This document shows positions 1-10,256 of a stretch of 64,000 bases of DNA, piece after piece. Source of the stretch: Candidatus Hodarchaeota archaeon (GTDB lineage: Archaea > Asgardarchaeota > Lokiarchaeia > Sigyniarchaeales > SOKP01); the NCBI GenBank assembly GCA_048886685.1, contig JBHLKM010000009.1:96001-160000 (forward strand), read 5' to 3'. A program made the translations under genes and the position numbers. The first letter of the stretch is position 1. Each line of letters starts with the position of its first letter. The notes under the pieces are model-generated. The model worked only from the letters and a program-made list of their open reading frames with translations, did not search any database and was not told where the DNA came from.

Positions 1-215
1 ATTAGAAAAATATATCTTGAGTAAATAAAATTATGAAAAGAAGTCATAAATTTTTGGCGATTTATTGAAGCATACCCCGCCTTTTTAAACTCCTCCACTA
101 TTATTTCAATTGCTTTCACTTCACCCTCAGAACCAATAAGTCGAGGAAATGCTAACTTTTCTGTGATTTTGTATGCGTTATCTATATCAATCAATTCATC
201 ATAACCTTTTTTCAC
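1..215 (-). CDS. Probable M28-family peptidase, N-terminal part (runs off window start)
   Basis: Not in ORF track. Manual translation from GTG at 215: MKKGYDELIDIDNAYKITEKLAFPRLIGSEGEVKAIEIIVEEFKKAGY..., open to position 1. FPRxxGSEGExKA resembles M28 peptidase N-termini. Confidence 0.6.
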   Translation of the reverse strand, partial: MKKGYDELIDIDNAYKITEKLAFPRLIGSEGEVKAIEIIVEEFKKAGYASINRQKFMTSFHNFIYSRYIFL

Positions 216-313
216 AATCGAGATCTTGTTTTAATTAATTTTCCTTTACTTCTAAATTAGGAATCATATTCCTTTATCATATACAAAATATTTAAACCAC
301 TCGAGAGTGAATT

Positions 314-1156
314 TCAATTATTCCATCCATGGGTAGCGTTAAGAGGGGCGTTGGTCATATAGGCATCGATATCCCGGATCAAACCATCTTCGATTTTAAA
401 GATCTCATGAAGCAATAAACACCGCGGTTTAACACGCAATTCATGTTGTACAGAACCTTGGGGTAATTGCCTATCTTTTACATTTGTACCCGGTATGTCA
501 AAAACAACTATCCCCCAAACCAAACCTCTATTGATATCTACAATAGGATATCGTCGCTCCCGAACCTTCGTTATATAATCCAAACGATAAATTCCGGCTT
601 GGGTGCTGAAATTTAGTAAATCGGGATTGTTTGTTGTTTTAATACCGTTTTCTTTACGTTGGCAATCCGGATGAAAATTGACAATGGATCCATCCGATTT
701 TTCAATCCCTTCAAAATAGCTGTCCGCAATACTAATAAGTTCCTCTCGTGTTAATCGATCCGATTCCGGGATTGGCGTGTCCCAAAGTGGATTGTTTCGT
801 GCTGTATCCGGGCTGAACAAGGGATGACATCCTTTTCTCGAGAGCAAGGTTTCGATTTCAGTAATCTGATTGTCGATGATTTTTAGGCGAAGTACAAACA
901 GGGCTTTCTCACCTCCTTTCTCTTCCAAAACACCCCAAAAACCTCCCTGATTTTCTGAAGCATCTACAAAAGATTTTCGTAATACGATAGTTCGAACCGT
1001 CTGCCAGATCCCTTCACCTAAAATCAATGGATCACCGTTTTCAGTAGCCTTGTAATTTTCTGCCAACTTTAACTGAGTGTGATCGTGGTCTAAGAGTGCT
1101 TCGAGGTAGTCATTGATAAATCGTAAAAGGATTTTTCTATTGGATTTGATATTCAT
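314..1156 (-). CDS. Hypothetical protein, possibly two NTF2/SnoaL-like halves
   Basis: 280-aa ORF directly downstream of the carboxylesterase. Both halves end in similar strands (LKIIDNQITEIE / FKIEDGLIRDID). Confidence 0.55.
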   Translation of the reverse strand: MNIKSNRKILLRFINDYLEALLDHDHTQLKLAENYKATENGDPLILGEGIWQTVRTIVLRKSFVDASENQGGFWGVLEEKGGEKALFVLRLKIIDNQITEIETLLSRKGCHPLFSPDTARNNPLWDTPIPESDRLTREELISIADSYFEGIEKSDGSIVNFHPDCQRKENGIKTTNNPDLLNFSTQAGIYRLDYITKVRERRYPIVDINRGLVWGIVVFDIPGTNVKDRQLPQGSVQHELRVKPRCLLLHEIFKIEDGLIRDIDAYMTNAPLNATHGWNN

Positions 1157-1165
1157 ACAATCTCC

Positions 1166-3139
1166 TTATCTAACCGGTATTAATGGGGGTATACCTTTCG
1201 GTGGTGGTTCATAGTGCTCGGCAATACCTGTTTCCATCCGCAGGGGGACCTCATCATCACTTATAAGGAGAAAATTGTCTTTAGCACTGTCGTAAGGGGT
1301 CCATGTGGTCTCATCAGCTATTTTTCCTTGGATATTGGGATCACCAGTTTTGGCAAATTGGACCCACATGTCCATCATCTTATTAGATATCTGATCATCC
1401 AGTTCATCAATACCTGGATCAGGCTGTTTAGCACCTCCAGTTCGAGAAAGGTTCAACATGACACTGGACTTCAGACCTTCTTGAACATCACCAAAAACAT
1501 ATGGAATTTCGAGTCCATGAAATGCCACAACACCTTCCTTTCGCCATCGTGTGGGAACATGTCCAAAAAGGTATGCGAATATATTTGATTGACTGTTTTC
1601 ACTTATTAAAATGGACCAATCCTTAACGCCCTCTATCATCCCGCGAACCATGTCTGTGCGATTGGCGCCAATAATTATAGGTATATCGTTATGCAGTTTC
1701 TTTTCAAACACGGATGTTGCTTCTTCCAACAGATACCAGTTGTCGATTGTAATTAGACGTATATTGTTAAACCGAATCTCTTGACTGGCCTTAACTATAT
1801 CCTGCCAAGATTTCTCCCTCATTTCTTTGAGCATATCTTTGCTGTCTTTAATACCCAATTTTTCCATGAGAGCCACCCCTCGGGTTTCAGCCTCTTTTAG
1901 ACGTGGGGTATGCCGTTCACCTATTGAAAATACCCCACTTTGGATAATCGCTCGATGAAATAGTCCTTTGGCAAGTGGAGAAATGATCAAATTAAAGGTT
2001 TTGCCCCCACCGCCAGATTCCCCAAAAATTGTTACACAATCAGCATCCCCCCCAAATACAGAAATATTTTCTTGAATCCATTTTAAAGCAGCAATCAAAT
2101 CCAGCTGACCGTAGTTCCCGGAAACTCCTTTCTCGGATTCCGCACTCAATGCCGGATGAGCCATATAACCTAGTGGACCAAGTCGATGATTCACAGTGAC
2201 AATGATGGCGCCTTTGGCAGGAAGAGCGGTGTTATTATAACTCGTTCTATTAGCTGACATAGCATGAAATCCTCCCCCATGAAACCAGACCATCACCGGG
2301 AGCTTCTTGTCGTCTGTATTTTTAGGTGCAATGATATTCAGATTCAGGCAGTTTTCGCTTAAATTCCCATGACTAGCTGGTCCTAACTCTCCTTGACCAC
2401 ATTGATCTCCCCATTGAGTACAATCGCGAACTCCTTCCCACGCTGTTAATAATTGTGGTGGTTTCCAACGCAGGTCTCCTAATGGGGGTTCAGTATAAGG
2501 AATTCCACGCCAAGTATATGTATTGTTGTTAGTTGCATAACCAACAATTCTACCTGATGATATTTCTACAATTTTATGACAGTCTGATTCCAGACGATTC
2601 GGATCCAAACTTACTTCAAAACTTGCTTGAGCTGCTGAAGCGTCTCGTATGGGGCGCATACCGAAATTGCCAGTATCCGGAAATAATTTCTCGGAATTCA
2701 ACTTTCCTATTAAGGATTTCAATACAGGATCAGACCGAAATTGCTCAGGAGGTTGATTAAAATTAAGTTGTCCACTATATCCCGAAACAATTGTTGCTAT
2801 CTTTCCCGAAATTCGGATTCCATTTTTTATATTACCATCCTCATCCAACGTTTGTAATAATATACATAAATTTATAATACGTTGATCACTGGAGTTCTCT
2901 GCTCCCGAGACGATGTCGATCAGGGATATCCTCTCTTTACCAACAGTCTCTCCGATGATCAGTTTACCAATGGAGAATACCACAGATTCTCCTGCAATAT
3001 AACGAAATTGACCTTTTATATCCGTAATTCCTGAAAATGTGGCTGATTGATAAGATAAGCCTTCAATGGGAATCCCTTGAAACGCACCAACCATTTCCTT
3101 TTTCGTGAGTCCTTCACCGCTTTTAGTTTGATTTTTCAT
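1166..3139 (-). CDS. Type-B carboxylesterase with an extra ~180-aa N-terminal domain
   Basis: WRGIPY..PPLGDLRWKPP, SENCLNLNI, WFHGGGF oxyanion hole, GESGGG nucleophile elbow, AFHGLEIPYVF catalytic His. Confidence 0.9.
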   Translation of the reverse strand: MKNQTKSGEGLTKKEMVGAFQGIPIEGLSYQSATFSGITDIKGQFRYIAGESVVFSIGKLIIGETVGKERISLIDIVSGAENSSDQRIINLCILLQTLDEDGNIKNGIRISGKIATIVSGYSGQLNFNQPPEQFRSDPVLKSLIGKLNSEKLFPDTGNFGMRPIRDASAAQASFEVSLDPNRLESDCHKIVEISSGRIVGYATNNNTYTWRGIPYTEPPLGDLRWKPPQLLTAWEGVRDCTQWGDQCGQGELGPASHGNLSENCLNLNIIAPKNTDDKKLPVMVWFHGGGFHAMSANRTSYNNTALPAKGAIIVTVNHRLGPLGYMAHPALSAESEKGVSGNYGQLDLIAALKWIQENISVFGGDADCVTIFGESGGGGKTFNLIISPLAKGLFHRAIIQSGVFSIGERHTPRLKEAETRGVALMEKLGIKDSKDMLKEMREKSWQDIVKASQEIRFNNIRLITIDNWYLLEEATSVFEKKLHNDIPIIIGANRTDMVRGMIEGVKDWSILISENSQSNIFAYLFGHVPTRWRKEGVVAFHGLEIPYVFGDVQEGLKSSVMLNLSRTGGAKQPDPGIDELDDQISNKMMDMWVQFAKTGDPNIQGKIADETTWTPYDSAKDNFLLISDDEVPLRMETGIAEHYEPPPKGIPPLIPVR

Positions 3140-3215
3140 GCGTTACTTATAATGGAAGGTGATATATAAAGTCAATAGAATACGGTTTTGGACAAAATTG
3201 GATTTGTTCTTTAGC

Positions 3216-4181
3216 TTAGATGGATGATTCTTTTTCATTTAAAAAAAATCTAAACCACTTGATTGGAAGCAGATTTTTCACTCTTTCCAGAAATTCTGGA
3301 ATACTCATAATTCCTAAATCTGAAATTATCCCTGAAATATATTCTGAGGGGATTATATCAAAATAATAATTCAAAACATCTATTTTCGCATCTTTTTCTA
3401 TATCAAATACTTCACTACTCAATTTTTTTTCAATTAAAATCTCATGACCATAATGGCTTCTAAGGTTGTACTTATAAGAATCTCCTATTGCATATACATC
3501 AATATTATTTAACTTAGCTAATGCAACTAAAGGATAAGTACCAATTTTATTAATAATCGCGCCATCTCTCAAAATACTATCTATTCCTACAAAAACCAAA
3601 TCAACTTCTTCAATGAATTTTCCCATCGCAGCATCAATTATTAAATTTGTTTTAAAATGTTTCGACAGAAGTTTAGCAGTAGTACGTCCTTCAAAGAGAG
3701 GTCTTGATTCTAATACAAATATCTCTAATTCAAAATCTTTATTTTTCTTTAAAACATTGAGAACTGTTGAACTATATGATATCAACATAATTTTCTTCAG
3801 TTTCTTCTCTCTCTCTTTTAAAAATTGACGAAATTTATATTCGAGAGCTTTTTCTTTCTCGATTTCCTTATAAAAAAATTGCTCAATTTTTTTTTCTAAA
3901 GCTGTCTTGTTAATAATAGTTAAATCATGCAGGATAAAACCAGCAAAGTTAATTAAAGGTGCCATAGTTGGTCTAGAATCAATAATCTCCTTAAATAATG
4001 AATGAATTTCTTTAGTTATATCCAGATTTCGATCTTCAAGCAGATCTAATTGAAATTTTACAATTTCAAGAGCATCTTCGATAAATTCACTGGCTCCTGA
4101 GGATTTATTTTTCCTGAGAGCTTTTAATAAAAATTCTATATTACTCCTATTCATTTTAACCACATTATTTGGATTAATCAA
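3216..4181 (-). CDS. eIF-2B alpha/beta/delta-like protein (IF-2B / sugar-phosphate isomerase family)
   Basis: SRPTMAPL, VLESRPLFEG, VGIDSI..G.IINKIGT, FDIIP..I..IISDLG motifs. Confidence 0.85.
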   Translation of the reverse strand: MINPNNVVKMNRSNIEFLLKALRKNKSSGASEFIEDALEIVKFQLDLLEDRNLDITKEIHSLFKEIIDSRPTMAPLINFAGFILHDLTIINKTALEKKIEQFFYKEIEKEKALEYKFRQFLKEREKKLKKIMLISYSSTVLNVLKKNKDFELEIFVLESRPLFEGRTTAKLLSKHFKTNLIIDAAMGKFIEEVDLVFVGIDSILRDGAIINKIGTYPLVALAKLNNIDVYAIGDSYKYNLRSHYGHEILIEKKLSSEVFDIEKDAKIDVLNYYFDIIPSEYISGIISDLGIMSIPEFLERVKNLLPIKWFRFFLNEKESSI

Positions 4182-5149
4182 GAAAAATAATTCTTAAATA
4201 TTTTACAAACTGATAGAGCAACCCAGAAAGTGAGATCTTTATCTTTTGTTCTCAATAATTTCAGATCCCAAAGGCCATTATCTAACTGTCGATCTCTTAG
4301 AAAATTTAGACTTTCCTTAATTTGAGGGTAGTTGTAGTTAAAACCAAGGTAAAAAAGAGTATCAAGAGATGAGACTATATCTGTAAACCAAAAAGGAAAT
4401 GAAACTTTTGTCCAGAAATCTCTCGTTCGGCGATCAGGATATTTATCTGGTTTGAAAAATCTGGATGCTAATAACTCTCCAGCAATCTTCGCTTCCTTAT
4501 ATTTTTGATATTCTGGGTGGGCTGCAAATGCTCGTAAGATTACGCCAGTTACCATATGAGAAAATGGTTTGGATCTATTTGGTTGTAAAGTTTCTTCACT
4601 ATTCATAACTCCATCCCATTTTGCATTATTAGTTCTTATCGGTATTGCCCATCCACCATCGTCTTGACGACATGATAATAACCATTTAAATCCCTTTTCT
4701 ATTCGAGGATCATCTGTATATCCTGCTTTTACTAAAATTTCTATTATTGCAGCAGTATAATTTGGGGAATATTGATTACCATAGATACCTCTTATGTCTC
4801 CCTCTTCAGTTTGAAATGAAAATAAAAACTCCGCAGCATTTTCTATAAAGTAATGTCTATTTGTTAAACCATATTTTTCTATTAATTCTCCTAATTGCCT
4901 AAAAGTCTCAATTTGGTTATAATTTTCTTGAACCCGAAAATCTTCTTTACTACTTGGATATTTCCATGAACCATCTTGTTGTTGTTTTTTAAATATTTTT
5001 TCTACTTCTGGAAGATTCCATAAGTTTTCTACAGATTCTACTTTCTTCTCTAAGAGATCTCGATTGACAAAATAAAGAATTGCTGAATTTTTTACTGAGC
5101 ATAGAGGTGTTAATGGATCAAATTTCAAATTATCTTTCCAATCTTTCAT
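4178..5149 (-). CDS. Prenyltransferase/squalene-cyclase-repeat alpha/alpha-barrel protein
   Basis: QW-type repeats QQQDGSW, QTEEGDI, QDDGGW, QLDNGLW. No DxDD cyclase motif seen. 4-nt overlap with the downstream gene. Confidence 0.7.
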   Translation of the reverse strand: MKDWKDNLKFDPLTPLCSVKNSAILYFVNRDLLEKKVESVENLWNLPEVEKIFKKQQQDGSWKYPSSKEDFRVQENYNQIETFRQLGELIEKYGLTNRHYFIENAAEFLFSFQTEEGDIRGIYGNQYSPNYTAAIIEILVKAGYTDDPRIEKGFKWLLSCRQDDGGWAIPIRTNNAKWDGVMNSEETLQPNRSKPFSHMVTGVILRAFAAHPEYQKYKEAKIAGELLASRFFKPDKYPDRRTRDFWTKVSFPFWFTDIVSSLDTLFYLGFNYNYPQIKESLNFLRDRQLDNGLWDLKLLRTKDKDLTFWVALSVCKIFKNYFS

Positions 5150-5174
5150 AGTCCAATAATAGTGAAATCAATAA

Positions 5175-5675
5175 TTATTCAGATATTTCATCTGCCTTTT
5201 TAATGTAATCCGGAATAAAATGGGTTTTAAATAGATTAGAATTTCCAGTAGATATTAAATTTCCCTCCAGATCATAAATCTCGCCTATTGCGTGAATTAT
5301 ATTCTTCCCTTCTCTCACAATTTTTCCAATTACTCTAACTTTTTCTCCAACTTTCACTTTTCCTAAATAATCGACATGAAAATCTATACTAATAGGAAAT
5401 CCCTCAAATCCCAAAGTAGCTGTAGTCATCCCTATAGTATCATCCATTAAAGCGCACTGCATACCTCCATGTAAAAGCCCAGTTGGATTCGCCATTTCAG
5501 GTCTCACTTCGAATTCCAATTCAATTATGCCATATTCTGCTTTAATTATCTTTCCATCTAACCATTTTGAAAAAGGAGGTACTGGAAAATCTTTTAAATT
5601 TTTATCTTTGAATGTGTTAAATAATCTTACCATTTGCTCTGATCTTTTCATAATTTTATCTTTGTCTTCTACCAT
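5175..5675 (-). CDS. PaaI-family hotdog-fold thioesterase
   Basis: NPTGLLHGG..ALMD motif; 166 aa. Confidence 0.9.
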   Translation of the reverse strand: MVEDKDKIMKRSEQMVRLFNTFKDKNLKDFPVPPFSKWLDGKIIKAEYGIIELEFEVRPEMANPTGLLHGGMQCALMDDTIGMTTATLGFEGFPISIDFHVDYLGKVKVGEKVRVIGKIVREGKNIIHAIGEIYDLEGNLISTGNSNLFKTHFIPDYIKKADEISE

Positions 5676-6030
5676 AAAATCCTAACCTGTTCTTGAAATT
5701 ATAAAATAACTTTCTTAAGCATTAATTATATTTACATTCTTAATAATACTTAATATCATAAAATATGATATTGAAATCCATGAGTAAAAATAATGAAAAA
5801 AAAAAAGAGAGTTGATAAAAAAAATAAGAAAATCATTACAATAATAGTCTTCGCTTTTTTAAAGGCTACTATGATCTTATCAATTTTAATTAGAGACATT
5901 ATCTTCTTTCGTAAATTTTCTTTATGTTCTAAAAATTTTAATGCCTAATATCAAATAAAACTAGAATATAGGAAATTTATTAGTAATTAAAAAAAAAATT
6001 ATTTAAAATATGATGAATTCGTAACTAAAA

Positions 6031-8175
6031 CTATTTCTTACTTCCTTTCCATGTAAAGTGTTCAACACCAATTAAATAATTACTAGTCAGGATATGATCA
6101 GCACGGTTACTAACGATTGCCATATAGAAGTAATCACCTCTAGATTTTGTAACCCACATTCTTCCGGTTTGAGTACCATATCGAACATGCATGCGACGAG
6201 CCCACTTCATATGCATAGCTGGCCACTCTCCATATTTAACATTTATTACTGTGACTTCCCAATCGTTATAAAGTATGCCATCGGTTACATACCATCCAGT
6301 GGTAGCCCATCCATCTTCACCGGCTTCAACATCATCAAGTGGAAATACTCCATTTGTAATTTCGATATCATCAACATACATATTTTGTAAAGTAAATGCA
6401 CCATCTTGCCATAAACGGAAGTGAATTTCAATTTGATGACCTTTAAAAGCGCTCAAATCCATACTTATAGGTATCCATCCGCCACTAAGTCCTGTAAATC
6501 CAAACCATGTACCATCTGTCTCATAAGTTGTTGGTTCCTGTTCATCAGGAGTATTTGGATTATCTTGCGGCTGATCAACAAAAGTTCGCATAGGTACATA
6601 CTCATAAGCATGAAGGGTCAGATTATAAACATACATACGAGCATTAGGATCATTTAATGTAACCCATACATCATCTGTTAAATCATGGACCTCAACATAG
6701 CCATAATCCCAATCATCTTCGATTTCAAAATATGTCATAAAGTTTAAAGTCGCACCGTCTTCAGGGATAGTAAATGTTTGAGAGAAGCTCCTCCATGCCC
6801 AAGCATTAGCACCTGAATACCACTCTAAAGTACCACTATATGCTGTTACACCAGAAAAAATGTCCCCTTCCATATATACTTTAGCGAAGGTATCAGTTGT
6901 AAATCTATAGTAATGTGCGGTATAAGGTTGTGGAGTACCCCACCAACCAGTTAGCTCCCAATCTCCAGAAAAGATAGGTTCTCCATATCCATAGGTTAAG
7001 ATGTCATCAAGTGTCCAAAACCAAGTATCTGGACCACCCATTTCTAATGTTTCATAACCATATTTGCCTCCCCATCTTGAAGTATCATCAAGATAATTTG
7101 CTATTGTCCACCTGTCAAATATTCTATCAAAGGAGATACAATATCCATGAGCATAAAGAGTCTTTTGAATTCCCTCTATCCCATTAGCTTGTTCTTGAAC
7201 TAAATCTACGATAAAATCTGCTCCACCAAAATGTTCAAATAGATAGAGTATAAAAAGATAACTAGCCCCGTAATCTTCCAATCCATTACCCCAGAATATA
7301 AGAGATGTGAACCAGTGATATGCAAGATAATTCCATATGTGGCTAGCCCAATGACCGTAACCACATAAATAAATCGCCAGGTCAGCAAGACCTTCATCCA
7401 CCCATGAAGGTTCATCTGGATCTTGATCAAAGTGTACTAAATGTTCAAATTCATGGGCAAAAGCGCCCTCCATTGTTCTATCTGAGCCTGGACCAGCATT
7501 ATTTTCCCAATCATATGTATCACAATGAAAAATATTTTTGTTATATTCTGCGCTAGTGCTGGCAGAGAAATAACCTACTGCATAAGATGTTTGTGAGTCA
7601 TCATAGTAGGACTCGTCTCGAATATTGAATATTAAAATCCAAACTTTCTGTCCTTCATCACCTCGAGGAAGAGGTTCTCCAAAAACACCAGTTACAGTTG
7701 GATAGATATTTGTATCAAATTCCGTCATCAATCCTTCGAGTTGAGCGTCTGTGATTAAATCTCCATATCTACCCCATGTCCCATAAGGATTAGAAAAATT
7801 ATAGTAAGTTCCATCAAAACTATCGTAGGCATCTTGTGTAATAAGAATAAGACTATGTACTCCTTTCATTAAAACTATAAAGTCTTCATCATATCCTCCA
7901 TAATAATCATCAGATAATTCAAATGTAAAAGGATCACCTATTTCTGCGGCTTCTCCTATCGGAGAAGCTTGAGTTGCACTTGCTGATCCAAATTTTGCTG
8001 CTTCCCTTCTAATTGCTAGCTCTTCTTCACCAAGCATGTCAGGTGTGAAGTCCATTGGAACTCGATCTTTAATTATTCTAGAAGTACCACTAGCGGTTGT
8101 TGACGGAATAAAAGCCATGAAAGAACCACCGAGAAAGCTCAATATGACTAGCATTATTAATATTTTTTTTCTCAT
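6031..8175 (-). CDS. Secreted zinc metallopeptidase (immune-inhibitor-A-like C-terminal region)
   Basis: Signal peptide MRKK plus hydrophobic stretch; AHEFEHLVH (HExxH); WVDEGLA third ligand; YFEIEDDWDYGYVEV and MYVDDIEI beta-sandwich motifs. Confidence 0.8.
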   Translation of the reverse strand: MRKKILIMLVILSFLGGSFMAFIPSTTASGTSRIIKDRVPMDFTPDMLGEEELAIRREAAKFGSASATQASPIGEAAEIGDPFTFELSDDYYGGYDEDFIVLMKGVHSLILITQDAYDSFDGTYYNFSNPYGTWGRYGDLITDAQLEGLMTEFDTNIYPTVTGVFGEPLPRGDEGQKVWILIFNIRDESYYDDSQTSYAVGYFSASTSAEYNKNIFHCDTYDWENNAGPGSDRTMEGAFAHEFEHLVHFDQDPDEPSWVDEGLADLAIYLCGYGHWASHIWNYLAYHWFTSLIFWGNGLEDYGASYLFILYLFEHFGGADFIVDLVQEQANGIEGIQKTLYAHGYCISFDRIFDRWTIANYLDDTSRWGGKYGYETLEMGGPDTWFWTLDDILTYGYGEPIFSGDWELTGWWGTPQPYTAHYYRFTTDTFAKVYMEGDIFSGVTAYSGTLEWYSGANAWAWRSFSQTFTIPEDGATLNFMTYFEIEDDWDYGYVEVHDLTDDVWVTLNDPNARMYVYNLTLHAYEYVPMRTFVDQPQDNPNTPDEQEPTTYETDGTWFGFTGLSGGWIPISMDLSAFKGHQIEIHFRLWQDGAFTLQNMYVDDIEITNGVFPLDDVEAGEDGWATTGWYVTDGILYNDWEVTVINVKYGEWPAMHMKWARRMHVRYGTQTGRMWVTKSRGDYFYMAIVSNRADHILTSNYLIGVEHFTWKGSKK

Positions 8176-8410
8176 TTTTTATCAACTCATTTTTTTTTGT
8201 AAATGTTAGGTTCTAAGTTCTTAAAAATTCATTATTTTCCGCTAGGAAAGAATGAAATATTTTGAACATTTCTGTAAAGACTCGAAATTTAAAAATAAAT
8301 TCAAGGCTTCGATGGTTGAAATATTTGCAGCCTTGTTATTTAAAATTTTCCCTTTTATCTTTTAACAAAAGTGAAAAAATCGTGGGTATGTTATCCCATT
8401 ATATTTAATT

Positions 8411-8506
8411 TCAATTTTAGACATCTATGTAGAAGATTTACCAATCTTGGACAATTCTGTAGAAGAGTTACCAATTTTGGACAACTTTGGAAAAAAACCC
8501 CCAATT
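8411..8506. repeat. Degenerate 30-bp tandem repeat, about 3.2 copies
   Basis: tcaattttagacatctatgtagaagattta / ccaatcttggacaattctgtagaagagtta / ccaattttggacaactttggaaaaaaaccc / ccaatt. Confidence 0.85.
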
Positions 8507-8530
8507 AAATAGTTCTTTTTTTTCTATTTA

Positions 8531-8658
8531 ATGACTAAAAAAAGCTGTTCTCAGTTAAATGCTAAAGATTTTTCATTCATTAATAATGTCAAATACGTAG
8601 TGGTTATAAGCTCATGAAAAGAAAGGAATTTCTATTTTTATAAGGAATATGTATATCT
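8531..8658 (+). pseudogene. Decayed 5' duplicate of the acyl-CoA synthetase gene
   Basis: MTKKSCSQLNAKDFSFINNVKYVVVISS* aligns with MTEHSSSQLNIKDISFINNIKSIAVIGPS at 8792. Stop at 8615-8617. The upstream region is duplicated too (8367 vs 8680). Confidence 0.85.
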
Positions 8659-8791
8659 AATCTCCATTTTATGGGAAAAAAAAGTGAAAAAATGTAAGGA
8701 TGTTATCCAATTACATTTAAACTATATTATGGATAATTTCGGAAATAATTAAATCTCAAAAAATTAATTATCTGTTTTATTTTATTAGTTA

Positions 8792-10231
8792 ATGACTGAG
8801 CACAGCAGTTCTCAATTAAATATTAAGGATATTTCATTCATTAATAATATTAAATCTATTGCAGTAATAGGACCATCAAAAAAAAGGAATTATTATTTTT
8901 TGAGAAATCACGCTGCAGATTTTAGGGGAAATGTATATGCTGTACATCCTTCAGCCAAAGAAATTCCTGATTATGATCCAAATAAGATCTTCTCTTCTTT
9001 AAGAGAAATTCCTGAAAATATTGATTATGTCTGGGTTTCAGTAGCCCGTTCTCAGATCCTAGGTGTAATAGATGATTGCGTAGATAAAGGGGTAAAGCTT
9101 ATTACTATTTTTGCTTCTGAGTTTTCTGATTCTGGAACAGAAGAAGGGATAGAATTAGAGAGAGAGGTATTAAAAAGAGCTCAGAATAAAGTAAGAATTC
9201 TAGGACCAAATGGGATGGGTTTATTTTATCCAAAAATAGGAATTGCTTGGCGTCCAGGATTCCCTACTACAGCAGGAACCATTGGTTTCATCGCTCAATC
9301 AGGAGGGATGTGTAATATTGCAATATATGGAGCAAATGCATTAGGAATTAACTATTCTAAGGTATTTTCTTTTGGAAATGGAGCTGATCTCGATATTGTC
9401 GATCTTCTATATTTTTTAAGTAAAGATCCTGAGACAAGTATTATTTTATGTTATTTAGAAGGAATAAAAGAGAATAGAATAGATGATTTAAAAGTAGTAC
9501 TTAAGCAAAATGCAAAACCTGTAATTATACTTAAGGGAGGTAAGTCAAAATCTGGCTCAATTGCTGCTAAAACTCATACTGCTTCAATTTCAGGAGATAA
9601 TCAACTGTGGACATCCTTCTTTAAACAAAATAATATAATTGAAGTGGATTCTTTAGAGCAACTATTAAATACAGCTCGATTAGTTGATTATTATGGCGTT
9701 TTTAAGCTTAACAATGTGGCAGTTTGCAGTGTAAGTGGAGGATATGGAGTAGTTTTAGTAGATTTATTAGAAAGATATGGAATAAAGGTTCCTTCTTTTA
9801 GTTCAAATACTCAAGAAAAGCTAAAATCAAAATTTTTCATGCCTGGAACAAGTCCAAAGAATCCATTAGATTTAGCAGCACATTTCTTTTTTGAAAATTT
9901 CGTTCATGATGTCGTAGAGATTGTTTTATCAGATAGTATTATAGATGGATTAATCTTAGATATGCCAAGTTTTTATTTAACACCATTTTTTTCGAGATCC
10001 AGATATAATCAATCTTTTGAATTAAAAATGATTGAGATTTTTAGTTTGGGACATAAATATAATAAGCCTATCATTCCAATTATTCAGCGATTGAATCGTC
10101 CAAAAGACAGAGAGAGAGTTTATGGTAAGTTGGTGAAGAAAAAAGTCCCGATGTTTGGAGATCCTTTAGAATTTATCCCTCTCCTGCAAAAAATTTCAGA
10201 ATATAAAAGAAAACAAAGAAAATATAATTAA
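8792..10231 (+). CDS. Acyl-CoA synthetase (NDP-forming) alpha-subunit-like protein
   Basis: CoA-binding SIAVIG, RILGPNGMG, IAQSGG, SFGNGAD, AAKTHTAS phospho-His, NPLDL. Confidence 0.88.
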   Translation: MTEHSSSQLNIKDISFINNIKSIAVIGPSKKRNYYFLRNHAADFRGNVYAVHPSAKEIPDYDPNKIFSSLREIPENIDYVWVSVARSQILGVIDDCVDKGVKLITIFASEFSDSGTEEGIELEREVLKRAQNKVRILGPNGMGLFYPKIGIAWRPGFPTTAGTIGFIAQSGGMCNIAIYGANALGINYSKVFSFGNGADLDIVDLLYFLSKDPETSIILCYLEGIKENRIDDLKVVLKQNAKPVIILKGGKSKSGSIAAKTHTASISGDNQLWTSFFKQNNIIEVDSLEQLLNTARLVDYYGVFKLNNVAVCSVSGGYGVVLVDLLERYGIKVPSFSSNTQEKLKSKFFMPGTSPKNPLDLAAHFFFENFVHDVVEIVLSDSIIDGLILDMPSFYLTPFFSRSRYNQSFELKMIEIFSLGHKYNKPIIPIIQRLNRPKDRERVYGKLVKKKVPMFGDPLEFIPLLQKISEYKRKQRKYN

Positions 10232-10256
10232 CTATTATCTTTAATTTAAATAATTT

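Noticed and set aside
4178-5149. Squalene-hopene or oxidosqualene cyclase
   Set aside because: Only one barrel in length, and no DxDD/DCTAE catalytic motif.
8411-8506. 30-bp periodic repeat as a CRISPR array
   Set aside because: Units are contiguous and degenerate with no unique spacers, and no cas genes are present.
8615-8617. In-frame TGA in the synthetase duplicate as selenocysteine readthrough
   Set aside because: It aligns to a Ser codon, not Cys, and the homology breaks down shortly after.
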